64,000 nt of DNA. Origin: Lingula anatina (taxonomy: Eukaryota > Animalia > Brachiopoda). Positions 26,598 through 37,989 of the stretch are shown piece by piece. The notes below the pieces were generated by a model, which saw only the letters and a list, made by a program, of their open reading frames with translations, was not told where the DNA came from and made no database searches. The number at the start of each line of letters is the position of its first letter. The first letter of the stretch is position 1. Location of the stretch: NCBI GenBank assembly GCA_051362555.1, contig CM120644.1, positions 20,730,534-20,794,533 on the forward strand, read 5' to 3'. A program made the position numbers and the translations under genes.

Positions 26598-26609
26598 CCT
26601 TCATTCCCC
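26598..26609 (-). other. Polypurine tract
   Basis: Minus strand GGGGAATGAAGG directly abuts the 3' LTR TGTAAAG. Confidence 0.9.
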
Positions 26610-26842
26610 AAAAGACAAGTTCCATCTTGTCTTCCAATTATTTCTACCAAAATGAATATATGTTTCTAAGGTTACTTAATACTAATAATTCTTTAGTTAT
26701 TCATTCAATGTTCATTACAGTTACACAAGTCTATGCTCCTAATTGTTATGGAATTCTAACATTCCATATTCATGTATATTCATAGTTCTGTTTCCATGTA
26801 TAGTTCCTTCCATATTCATGCATCGTTTCGTGTCCATGTTTT

Positions 26843-28900
26843 CTAGACATAATACCGCGACCGTTTGGCCGGTGGGACAGTATAGAGAACTGTCGTATTG
26901 TTCCTTGCGTTGGAATACGGTTGTTCTTCCGTTTTCCTCATAGTGAGATACCCATTCGGGGATTGGGGTTGTGCTCCATCCTCTCCGTCTAGACACTCTG
27001 GCGGTGGTGGAATCTCCAGGGTATTAGGACACTCTGTTGATCGCCTCGTTCCACGTGATGTTCCAGGTGTCGGTTGGTCAATGTCCATGGGTTCTTCATA
27101 TTGATGTACAGTTTCCGCCAGCATTCTCAGTTGCACTGGTTCTGGTGGTTCTGGTCGGTTGTATCGGTGGGCACAAAAACAAAGTCGTTTGCGGTGACGA
27201 CGCAAACAGATACAAAGAACAATTAGAATTATCATGCATGCTATGACAATCCCCGCAACGTACGTAACAGACATTCCGCTGGTCGGTGCAGACCAAAAGT
27301 CCGGTTCCTGCTCAATCAGTGGCGCTAGGTGAAGGTGCGCAACTGGTTCAAGATTTTGAAAATTTGGATTTCTCAATCTTTTTGCGATGATTCCTGATGG
27401 TATCAATTCGTGCACATTGAGGGATGGAATGTCGTTTACCAGTTGAGATCTGAGTGAGACTCGACCTGCTTTCTCTGTTATACCAGGAAGGGTAAAGTTA
27501 CTTCCTGTTATCGTACATTTAGCCAGGAGCGTCACAAGATAGGTTCCTGCCTTGAGCGGGTATGAGACCGGTCGTGAACGGTGGCATCGCTTCGTCACCT
27601 CTTCTCCCCAGGTTACCAATACGTATTCGCCCAAGACTATTTCTGTGGCAGTGGAAATGCCACTGCCAGAGGTCAGCTCCACCTTACATGCACTCCACTG
27701 CGCATGGTTGTGCGAGATGATGGCTCTGGAGCATAATTCTGAACCTCGGATGTAGACGGCGCCGGTCCTACACACCAAAGGTTTCCAGCCAATGCAGCCA
27801 GACGGGTAAAACACATTTCCGGTTCACTCTACTATACCGATAGTGGCTTCACCATGTACAACTCGGCTAGCGAACCCTGTGTTGTTGTATGGCTGCTTGA
27901 AGGACCGGATATCGTATCTGGTCGCTTCCTCCTGGCTGATCAACAGTAGTTTGACCTTGTAGATTAAGGTGCTCCCTCCCCACACCGGGGAGACCGTAAT
28001 GTGTTCATAATACCACTGTAGCGGGTCTATCAACACATCTGTTGCATTGTCCGCTGCCAGTGCAAGTGTTTCTAACAGTTGAGACGGTGGCAGGAGTTCT
28101 TCTGTCAGGCGTCCCAACTCCAGACTAGCCTTTTGACGATTGAACTTTTCAAAAAGTAGTCTGTAGTCCCTTACAAGCTGTTCGAAAGAGTAGACCGCTC
28201 GATCTAGCTGGTAGGTAGCCCACATCTTATTCAAACCAACCCTGGTGACATTAGCAAATCGGTTTAAGTCTCTAAAGCGGTTGGTGACGACCATATTCAG
28301 ATAGTTGGAGATGTCATTGAGACGTCTTCGTCCGATGTTAATGGTGTCCACAGTGTGATTTAGTACTGAGATGAGCTTGTTAATTCGATGTACGAGTACC
28401 TGGTTATTTCTTCGTGTACTTAAAACAATGTTCTTCAATTCTTCAACATCCTCGTCTCTAGCTAGGCCGAAAATGGATTTTCCCAGATCTGCGCCAAAAT
28501 TAAAAAAGTCCTCGCTTGGTTCGCTGGCCATTTCGAACGGCGATTGGATTCTCAATCTCTGGCAAATTTAGGTGGTAATTCACAATGGTAGTCATTTTCA
28601 GTAACGCTCTCCGAGCTTTCTGCAATCGGAGAACCAGCTGCGACAGGTCTTGAGGTTCAATCCAACCATCTTGATAGGTCGTACCTATTTTAGTTTGCAT
28701 GTTCTTCAGGGTGTCTTCTATTGGCAGTTTGAATGTGGGTCGGTCTATCACTACCAAGAGGGTCCATTCAATGGTTTGGATCCTCATTGGTTCTCTCCCA
28801 GTGATTAGCAGTCCGTCTCTTAGTGGGCTTATGTCATTTGCTTTAGCCCATCCTACAATAAGGAGTAATAGAGCGAGGGTAAGTCCATAGCCTCGTCTAT
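26843..28900 (-). pseudogene. env: Envelope/fusion glycoprotein (class I, baculovirus F/errantivirus Env-like); one frameshift and one in-frame stop; start uncertain
   Basis: Signal peptide GLTLALLLLIVGWAKA; furin site RTKR then fusion peptide GLFNFGADLGKSIFGLARDED (across a +1 T at 28502-28507); heptad-rich helices; Cys cluster; N-glycosylation sequons; TM VTYVAGIVIACMIILIVLCICL followed by RRHRKR; TGA at 27824-27826 lies in frame between two ORF pieces. Confidence 0.92.
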
Positions 28901-31342
28901 GTGTCTTCTTTTGTTGTCCCCTCGTCCTTCCATCTCTGATGTTCTCCAACGATGTTTTTGCTTGATATCTTTGAGGTGGGGGAATTTGGGACCCAACGGG
29001 ATATCTCTTTTCTCCGTCCATTCTCTCGCCCTTTTTCTGTACCAGGTGTTGTACTGATGTGTCGGCTGACGATACTCTTGTCTGGGTTCGACTTCGGCAG
29101 AGTGATCCCACTCTAGTTCAGATGTGTCTCCCTCTGTGCCTGCGGCAGGAGTGCCGCTACTTGGCTCAGGTATGGTGTTAAGTAGTTGCCTTTCCTTTTG
29201 ATCTTCTTGTGGCTCTCTTTGATCCTGGATGACAAATGGAATCAGTGGAGGGCGTGCCGGTGGTGGTCTTCTGGGTCTGTGTTTTACGTCATCCCAAGAT
29301 ATGTTGGGGTCTACTAAACACAATTTATTTCTGTTTACTGTCAAAACTTTCCCAGTCTGCTGATGACGAATGGTATAGACCTTGCCTTGCCTATTGATTA
29401 CCTCATATTGTGGATCCCAACTGCTGGTGAAGGTCAGGCGCTCTTGTGCTTTTAATATTACCGTGTCGCCGATCTGAAGTTGCTCCGCATTCGCTCGGGC
29501 ATTCAGTCGTGCACGGTTGTACTTCCGGGAGTTTTCTAGGTTGATTTTAGCTGTCTGTAGGGCTTCAGTCATATCTTGTAGTCGACCATTCAGCGGGTGT
29601 GTTGCTGGTGAAGGCATTAGCAACTTGGTGAGTGGTAATCTGGCACGGCGTCCATACATCAGAAAATATGGAGTATAGCCGGTCACGGTACTCACAGAGT
29701 TGCAGTAGGCCTTTAATGTGCTGCCCATCTTCTCTTCCCACCTGTGTGGTTCATTGTTGAGCAATCGCGTCAGGATTTCTTTGATGGTACGGTTTACTCG
29801 TACAGTTTTACCATTGGCTTCCGGCGAGTAGCTGGTCGTTCGTCTATGTTCCACACCTACCTTTGACAGGAAATGTTCAAAAGCTTTAGAGCAAAATTCC
29901 TTTCCTCGATCGGTAATAATTACTTCCGGAAATCTGAATTGTGGGAAGAAATCTTTGGTGAGCGCTGACTCCACTGCTTCGGAGGTCTTGTTGGGAATTG
30001 GGTAACTCTCTACCCATCCTGAGAGGTGATCAATCAGATTGAGACAGTACCTATTTCCTTTTGATGATTCTACAAATGGGCCAATTAGGTCCATCCCAAT
30101 TATCTGATTGATGGCTGCTGGCATAGGCATTTCTCCATACTCCGCACCTTGTTGTCGGGGAATATGCACTTTGCATGTTGCACATCGATCTAACTGATCT
30201 TGGATGTCGGCACGCATTCCGGGCCATACGTAACTCTGCCGTACTCTGTCAAGAGTTTTACCACTGGCACAGTGTCCCACCTCTTCGTGACAACGTTTAA
30301 TCACGTTTTCACGGTATGGCGATGGTAACAATATCCGTGGGTAGATGGCGCTGGTGCTAGTTGGTCTCTTAATGGAATATAGGTGGCCGCTCAGCACTTC
30401 ATATTCCGAATCCTCATTTAGAGCTAACTTAAACTCCTCTCTGAATTCGTCTTCTTGTTGTATCAAAAGTTCTTTTGGATCAATGTCGTCTGCTTCCAGT
30501 GGTACACGTCTCAAGGCATATTCATCGGGGATGCATTCTGGGTCAATCCAATGGGAGGTGTCGAAAGTGGCTATTGTTTCTGAAGGTGGATTGGGTAATC
30601 TGCTCATCACGTCTGCCCTGATATTCTTTTTTCCTTTAATGTATTCGATCTTTGCACCGAATTCTTCCATGAGAATAGCCCACCTTTGTACTTTGGTGTT
30701 CCTCATTTCTTTGGTGAATAAAGATTTCAGTGGTTTATGGTCTGTGTAAACGGTCAGCGGGCAACCATATAGATATGCACGTAGCTTTGAGATGCTGTAC
30801 ACCATGGCATACGCTTCCTTCTCAATGATCGGCCATCTTAGTTGCAGTCCTGACAGGCTATGCGATAGTACTGGACGACTCTCTCCACACCACTTTCGTC
30901 ATTTTGGACAAGAACTCCTCCTATCGCGTAGTCTGATGCATCCACATACAACTTATATGGCTCATTCAGTCGGGGGTAGGCCATGACATGATTGGAGCAT
31001 AACAGTTCTTTTAGTCTTTTGAAACTCGTTTGTTGTTCTTCTCCCCAGTGAAATGTTTGCCTCTTTTTCATTAGTCGATACAGGGGTTCGGCAACCTTGG
31101 CAAAGTCGGGTATGGTTCTGGCATAATAATTGCATATACCGATGAATGACCGCACATCTTTGACTGTGCGTGGGGGTGGTAACTTGTTTATGGCTTCCAA
31201 TTTTTCTGGGTCACTACGCACTCCGTTCTCGGATACGACATATCCCAGTAGCTTCACTTCAGTCTTCATGAATTCGCATTTTGAAGGTTTCATTCTCAGG
31301 CCTGCTTTCTTCAATCGTTCTTGACCGTTGGAAAAGACAATT

Positions 31343-33783
31343 CCCAGACAGCCTCAGTAATCTGGCCCACATCTGGCCCAGATCTGGCAACGTCTGGCAA
31401 AACGTATGGCCCACGTATGGCTTGCCAGATCTGGGCCAGATGTGGCAATGTTTGGGCCAGATCTGGCCCAGACATTGCCACATCTGGCCCAGTCCACATT
31501 TGCTCATGTGGCCAGATGTCGGCCCAGATCTGGCAATATCTGGCAAAGGTATGGCATGCCGGCTGTGGACCAGAAGTGGGCCAGATGTGGGCCAGATTAG
31601 GGCCGGACATGGACCACATATGGCCCAGATTGTTTTTTTTTTCTTTTTTAAAATTATTTTTAATTATTCAATTAAGATTACTATAAAAAAAAGACATACA
31701 AGATTCAAAATTCAAGTATTTATTCTGTGCTAAAACCCTAAACAAAATTATTACACATTATATAACCTTGCTGGCAACTAACATGTAACAAATTAAGGGC
31801 CACTCCTTGTCTTTTTGTACAAAACAATGTATGTTTGAAAAAAAAAAAAAAAAACTACACTGCAAAAAGGCAAATATACAGACACTTAACAGGAGGAAAT
31901 GTCACTTACATACATGTAAAGAAAACAGTTATAACAGCAATTTTTTTTTCAACACAAAGCTGCTCATCGAATCTGAATTAACACAAATTACAAAAATTGT
32001 AATTAATTATGCATATACATGGGGGGGGGGGAGGAGTTTGAGGGGGAAATATTTTTTCCTTGACAAGCTTATAATTATTAAAGGAATCAACAATGGAACA
32101 AGTAACTCTACCAAGTTAACAACAGTTCATTCAAATGTCAAGTCAAAACACAACATCCCTTCCTTTCTTGGAGAGAAACGGTCCTTTAAAAACATGTTAA
32201 TTGACAGTTCAGTCTTTAAAATGTCTTTTCAAACATTTGCAGAATAGCATATGAACTCCAACTTTTATTCCTTAAACCACACTGAAAATTCTCAAAACTA
32301 ATCAACTCATATCAAATCCCATGTCCTTTCACTACTACTGGTCTCTTCCTTTGCTTGCCTTTACGTCACATTCAAATGTTCCCTTCACTTTTAAAGGTTT
32401 CTCAGACGTGTATGAATAATACTGTTTGTTTTCTGGTCCTCCACAAGAGCCACATTTATTTTTCTTGGATTTCAGAATTCTCCATGTATTTTCATCAATG
32501 ATATTACATGATGCACCTGAATCTGGTAATACACTGAGATTAACACCTCCTCTATTTCCTCCATGTCTTCTGTGTATATTGCATTGGTTCCCACACCAAA
32601 TGTATATGCACTCCTGGATTATCATGTTCAAAGCTGTCATTTACATGAATAATAGTTTCAGTTTTGCAGACTTTTGCAAAGTGATCCAACGTTCCATGTT
32701 TTCTCAGTCGGGGAGTTTCTACTTCGTTTTTCATGTCTAAACTCGTAATGTTAAGACTGGCTTGGTTTGTCAAATGACTTCGGTTTCATCATACTCACAG
32801 TTTCTGGTGTTCCAATTTCATTTAAAGCGTTAACTGTCTTATGTATATTCATGTTTCTAACCTGTGTTTGGGAGAGTCCTGAAAATATCTTGTACACCTG
32901 TCCCTGCTGAATACAACATAAGCGCGCGTCTCCTCTGTCATGTATTTTTAATTTTCTAGCTTTGTTCATTATTCATGCCGTCCGTTGGTTCTGAAACGAT
33001 CAATCCTTCTCCGTCAGCGAAGAGTTTAAAACTGTCTAGCCATCACGTCGAGCGTGACCCTAATGTCTCCGGACTTCTGTACGGTTCGAATTTCGTATTT
33101 TCACATTTTTCCTCCATTTTCTCAAAGAAAGTTGTCTCACAGTTTTGCACTAGTGTTAATCCTCATCGCCAGTGTTGATGCCTTCGAAATAAATCGCATC
33201 ACGAATCAAATCACTTAACGAATTGTATCAGTTTGATAAGCTTGTGCTTTTTTCATATCCATAACTCTTTAGAAGAAACGCTACATCCGGGTCCTTGACC
33301 GGCTTATCATAAAAAGCGGAATCTTAAAACAGCGGAACGAGTAGTTCAAAAAAGTTTTAGAACAGTGAATTCATTCAAATGTCAAGTCAAATTAAACAAA
33401 TAGCACACTTATGAGGGGACTTTGAAGAAAAGAGAGAGAGATAAATTAAATCAAAATTTATCAAATGACGTCAGTTCACTGCATTCAGCTCACTATAGTC
33501 CATAAAAAATAAATAAATAGAAAAAAAAAATGAAAATGAAAGTACCATATCTGGCCCAAGTCTGGGCAGCATCTGGCAAAATGTGGCATAAATGCCAGAC
33601 TTTGCCAGACTTGGCCCAGATCTGGCAAGTGTCTGGCAAAATGTGGCATAAATGCCAGACTTTGCCAGACTTGGCCCAGATCTGGCAAGTGTCTGGCAAA
33701 ATCTGGCCCAGATATTGCCAGACGTTGCCAGATCTGGGCCAGATATGGGCCAGATATGGGCCAGATTACTGAGGCTGTCTGGG
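31343..33783. mobile_element. Nested non-autonomous CACTA/EnSpm-like element
   Basis: TIR CCCAGACAGCCTCAGTAATCTGGCCCA and its complement; arrays of TCTGGCCCAGA/TGGCAAA subterminal repeats; TT TSD. Removing the element and one TT restores YLDDIIVFS. Confidence 0.92.
32120..33407 (-). mobile_element. Internally deleted second Gypsy element (LTR remnant, PBS, gag-protease relic, PPT) inside the CACTA-like element
   Basis: LTR end CAACA plus PBS TGGCGATGAGGAT (33159-33171, tRNA-Ser(GCU)-like); gag fragments WLDSFKLFADGEGL and DHFAKVCK; protease LPDSGASCNII; PPT AAGAAAGGAAGGGA (32156-32169) before TGTTG; TTCATTCAAATGTCAAGTCAAA shared at ~32126 and ~33370. Confidence 0.8.
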
Positions 33784-34803
33784 TTATGTCATCCAAGTAC
33801 ACCAGTCCAATTAGGTCATGTAGAACATAGTCCATCGTGCGTTGGAAATATCCGGGAGATGATGTAAGACCAAAAGGAACCCGAGTAAACTCATATAATC
33901 CTTAATGGCATACAAAAGCAGTCTTAGGAATGTCTTCTTCTGCTATGGGGCACTGCCAGTATCCGGCACGTAAATCAATCGTGCTTAAGTGTGTTGACCC
34001 ACTTATCAGGTCCAGGATGTCCTGAATTAATGGTATTGGGTAGGGATCTTTAGTCACCACTTTGTTCAATTTTCTATAGTCCACACAAAATCGTGTAGTT
34101 CCATCGCGTTTAGGAACTAAAGTTACAGGTGAGCTCCAAGGAGAACAACTGGGCCTTATTATCCCTAGCCTTAGCATTTCTTCTATTTCTGCTTCGACGA
34201 TTTTCCGCTTAGCTAAAGGTACTCGATAGGGTCGTTGTCTCATGGGTTTTGCATCTCCTGTGTCTATTTTCATTGGTTGTAATGTTAATTTTCCTTGTGG
34301 CTCTCCCTCTATGCTGAACACCTCATCATATTTTCTCAGCACTTTATCAACGCAGTCCACACCAGTCAAGGGGGCCTTGCACGCTACAGCAGATACAGAG
34401 TTAGTTTGCTTCTTACCTTTGTAAAAGGTCAAAGGCCATCTCTTTCCACACCATAACAGGGTTCCTCGCTGATAATTAATGACTCCATTATTTCTTAGTA
34501 GCGTGACATTCCCAATTATCATGTCATAGTCCACTTGGTCAGCTACTAAAACGTCTACTACTGTAGCATGGTCTATCTTGTTCTCTGTTTTCCCTCTCAC
34601 CGGTACTGGGTGTCCTGTCACTCCATATGTGACACTTAAAGGCTTGATTAATCTAGGTCTATTCATAGTTCTGCATAAAGTGTTAAATAGTTTTCTGTGC
34701 AAGAGGCTAGTACTGGCCCCCGTATCAATTAGTGCGTGACATTTAATTCCTGATATAGTAATGTTAATGGCCACACGAGGGTCAGGTCCACCTCTTGCAC
34801 TTG

Positions 34804-35775
34804 CTAGCTTTTTTTCAAATTATTCTGCTGTTTTTCCTGGGCCTTCACTTGGTAACACTCACGGTGAAGGTGGCCAATCTTTCCACAGTGAAAGCACACA
34901 GGTTTGCCGTCGTCGGTCCACTTCACTGTTCCATTTCTCTGTGTTCTTGCGGGTGTTTGTTTGTTCTGTCGGAACCTGGCTGGCTGATTCGGGGCCAGGC
35001 CACATTCTAATTTTGCTATTCTCGTAGCCATTCTTTTTAATTGCTGTTCTACTTTCTCGAGCATCCCTTGCGTTGCGACTTCCATCGGCTCTTCATATCT
35101 TGTTTCCATGCCCATTACCGTTTTGTACAGTTGGGCACCTACCTCAGCATTATCAGTGTAGGCGAGGGCCTCATCCAAGGTTCTGGGCCAGGCGTTTTTG
35201 ATCAGTTTTTTTTCTTAGATCTGCCGGGGTCAGTCCTCTAGCATAACAAATTACGAGCTGTCTCTCTGCATCCACAGAGCGAGGGGGAAGGTATGCTTTT
35301 CTTGCTAGGTCTCTGAATTTGCGGTTATAAGCGGCACAGTTCTCATATGCTGATTGCTTCATTTGTTCTATTTTTGCTCTTAAACATGCCGCCTCATCGG
35401 GTGAGAGGAATGACCTACATATATATGGTTCCTCAAGATATCCCAAGGAGTACCATAATAATCATTCTGCTGTTGTAGGCAGTAATCAATTTCTGCTGCC
35501 AGGGCACCTCTTGTGGTCTTTAACGCCAGTCGCGTGGGACAATTAAGGATCGTGTCCCTACCTCTAGTAATGGCCCGCTCCATTTGGTCGAGCCAATCTC
35601 TGGTCTCGGAGGGAACTGATCCATCGCAGATGGAACACAGGTCTGCTAAATCTTTCAGGGCAGTTCTTTCAACCTCTTCTGCCCATCTGCGTGCCTGTCA
35701 TCCACTCTCGACTTGCTGTTGTTCCCCGAGGCCCCTGAGGTTTTCAATAAGAACTTGAAATTGCTCTTGACTCAT
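34804..35775 (-). pseudogene. gag: Gag with CCHC zinc knuckle; one stop and about two frameshifts
   Basis: ATG at 35775 (MSQEQFQVLIENL...CDGSVPSETRDWLDQMERA), MKQSAYENCAAYNRKFRDLA, and CFHCGKIGHLHREC before TAG at 34804. Confidence 0.88.
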
Positions 35776-35825
35776 TTTGCCTACTGCTTAGTTTCTCACT
35801 TTGTCTGTTTTTTCCCCAAAGTGAA

Positions 35826-35843
35826 GTCCTGGCAAGCTCGCCA
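35826..35843 (-). other. Primer-binding site, tRNA-Arg(ACG)-like
   Basis: TGGCGAGCTTGCCAGGAC lies 2 nt downstream of the 5' LTR and resembles the complement of the metazoan tRNA-Arg(ACG) 3' end (tRNA identity from memory). Confidence 0.8.
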
Positions 35844-35845
35844 CT

Positions 35846-36551
35846 TGTAAAGTTTCCACCCCCTTTACAATGCGCAATCGTAACTCAAGATTGCCCGGTT
35901 CGGCCGCACGGTGTTGAGTTGGCGCGGTCTTCGTACAAAAACCCAAGACGTTCACTTTGGGGTTAAACGAAAGAGTTTTATTTCTTCTACATCTGCCCTT
36001 CTAAGCTAACTGTGGTTCTTCTATATTAAACACTACAATATTCTGCACTGTACTTCACTGTCCAGTATGGCTCTCTGCATAAGTTATTCTATTCACCGGG
36101 GGAAAACCCCAGCCCTATATACTAATCTGTGAGTAATTCAAAAGTATTTTACTCTGAGCACTGTCACCCAAAAGCTATTAACATAATAAATGCCCTAATT
36201 CAGAACCCCAGGTCGGGCACGTCCAAACCCCGGACACTGGGTGGGGAAGCTAGACCGGGTTAGGTCATCTCAAAGGTGTATTTCTGTGCCGTCCTCTCAT
36301 CAAGGTCATGGTTGATTAGTGGTCAAAGTTCATTTATCAGCTAAATGACTTTCTAATTGGTGCCTAAAGCACGTACTTGTCAAAAGGGGCTGAATAAATG
36401 AAAATAATTGAAATTTTAATTTCTACCAAAAAGGAAATGGTTTTACTTAATGATTTGGGTAAACGCACACTTGAATGAAATACTAGTGTGGCTTTTTGGG
36501 TGGCCGAAAATGTTGCATAATGTTTTAGGTCAAAGAGGCACATACTTTACA
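35846..36551 (-). repeat. 5' LTR (706 bp)
   Basis: Direct repeat of 25904-26597 with TG...CA termini. Confidence 0.96.
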
Positions 36552-37043
36552 AACTGATCACCTTATCACAGATTATTAAAGTTGTAAAGCTTTAATTTGT
36601 ACAACTTTCAGAATTATTTGATTAGATCTGACAAAATTTTTAATGTTTAAGTATTTTAAGTCACTAAATTTGCCAGTCTTTTCAATGTAATTTTCATTTT
36701 TTCAGTTATATTGTTCTCTTTCCAGAGTACCCTTACCATGAACAAGCAGGCAATGAAAAACAGCACCAAGAGAATAACTGTCTTATCCACGTGTGCAATT
36801 AAAAATATGTGGCAAGATTTAGGACAGAGTCAAATATTGTGCTAACACCAACCCATTCCAGAACCCACTGTAAGGAGTAATCTGCATCTGGCATTGATAG
36901 TAAGGAGAAGTCTTGTATGGGTATATATTGTTCCAGCTGATAGTTATACAGTGAAGGTAATTTGCAACCTCCTAAACAAGCAACCTAAAATCATCACATT
37001 TGTTGTTTTCTTTGCGAATAAATAATACATAGCAATATTTTTT

Positions 37044-37860
37044 CAATTCAATTTATTTCTGTACTGGTACATAGATTGTCATGACCTTGTACATGATATG
37101 ATATATTATATGATAGATGATATATGATATATTAATGATGACACAATACAATTGGTGCATTACCATTTGTCTAATTAGTAAATATGTAGCCTAGCCATTT
37201 GTGAATGAAAAAATAATCTTTGTATAATGAACATATGTACTAGTAAATTTATTCATAAAATATTCTAAGATAATCTAAGATAATCTAAGATAAACCTTGG
37301 TGTGATTATAAATTTACCATAAAAATACTATAAAGATATGGATACAAGCATATGCTACATAAAAGGATATGTTCAAACTTAAAGGGAGGGAGAACTACAG
37401 TTACATAGCTGTTTACATGGCTGTTAAAAGCCAGTTTGATGACAGATAATTACAATTAATGACAATTACATAAGACATAGATAAGTAAATAAGTTTCACA
37501 GATATAAATAATGTGCCATGTTCAGTCCCACTGCCGAGTCGCTTCTCACAACAGTGGTACCATACACTGACATTTTAAGAGATATGCTAAGAGTTACCAA
37601 GCAGAGCAACCACTTCATTTCTTTTCTTGAATGATTTTATTATAAAGTTGGAGAGGGATACTAAAGTATCTTTGTTGGCACTGTTAAATTCATGCCATAA
37701 TTGACTGTCTGGTGACCTTGTATCAGCTTTTAGGATTGAGGTTTTACTAAAAAAGGTGACTCAGTCTGCTTTGTACATTGGGCATTGGAATATATATTGA
37801 AACATTTGTTTTGGTTAATTTTCATTCTTCTGATTATCAATTTCCAATAATCTTGACACA
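37044..37860 (-). mobile_element. Probable 5'-truncated CR1/L2-type LINE 3' end
   Basis: Minus-strand IFQCPMYKAD*VTFF...LSNFIIKSFKKRK*, then an AT-rich UTR ending AATAAATTGAATTG. Confidence 0.5.
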
Positions 37861-37989
37861 AAAAAGACACAGACAACTGATCAGCTTATCACAGATTTTC
37901 ATTGTTGTTAAGCATCATTTGTACAAATTTCAGAAATATTGGACAAGATTTGACAAAATTATTAAAGTTTAACTATTTTAGCAGTCAGC

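Larger units (their letters stand above)
28853..34810 (-). pseudogene. pol: Pol polyprotein (protease-RT-RNase H-integrase), disrupted
   Basis: LIDTGAS protease; RFCVDYRKLN, DLRAGYWQ and VYLDD RT; YVDASDYAIGGVL, EKEAYA and TDHKPL RNase H; HEEVGH..CATC, MDLIGP and TDRG integrase. Lesions: stop at 33902, insertion 31343-33783, frameshift ~30867, and the integrase catalytic E reads V (NGKTVRVN). Confidence 0.96.
25904..36551 (-). mobile_element. Full-length env-bearing Ty3/Gypsy (Metaviridae/errantivirus-like) provirus, inactivated
   Basis: Paired LTRs, AACT TSD (25900-25903 and 36552-36555), PBS, PPT, and domain order gag-PR-RT-RH-IN-env. An empty site GACACAGTCAACTGATCA is at ~39088-39105. 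Confidence 0.97.

Noticed and set aside
30345-30749. 134-aa plus-strand ORF antisense to pol (and other short antisense ORFs in the provirus)
   Set aside because: Shadow ORFs of the real minus-strand frames, with no independent coding signal.
31259-31733. Cluster of overlapping ORFs on both strands with WPRSG/PDLGQ repeats (also 33485-33867)
   Set aside because: These are translations of the subterminal TCTGGCCCAGA repeats of the nested DNA transposon, not genes.
25904-36551. Apparent mismatch between young LTRs and about ten internal disabling lesions
   Set aside because: About 1.6% LTR divergence plus two LTR indels is compatible with this many lesions over 9 kb.
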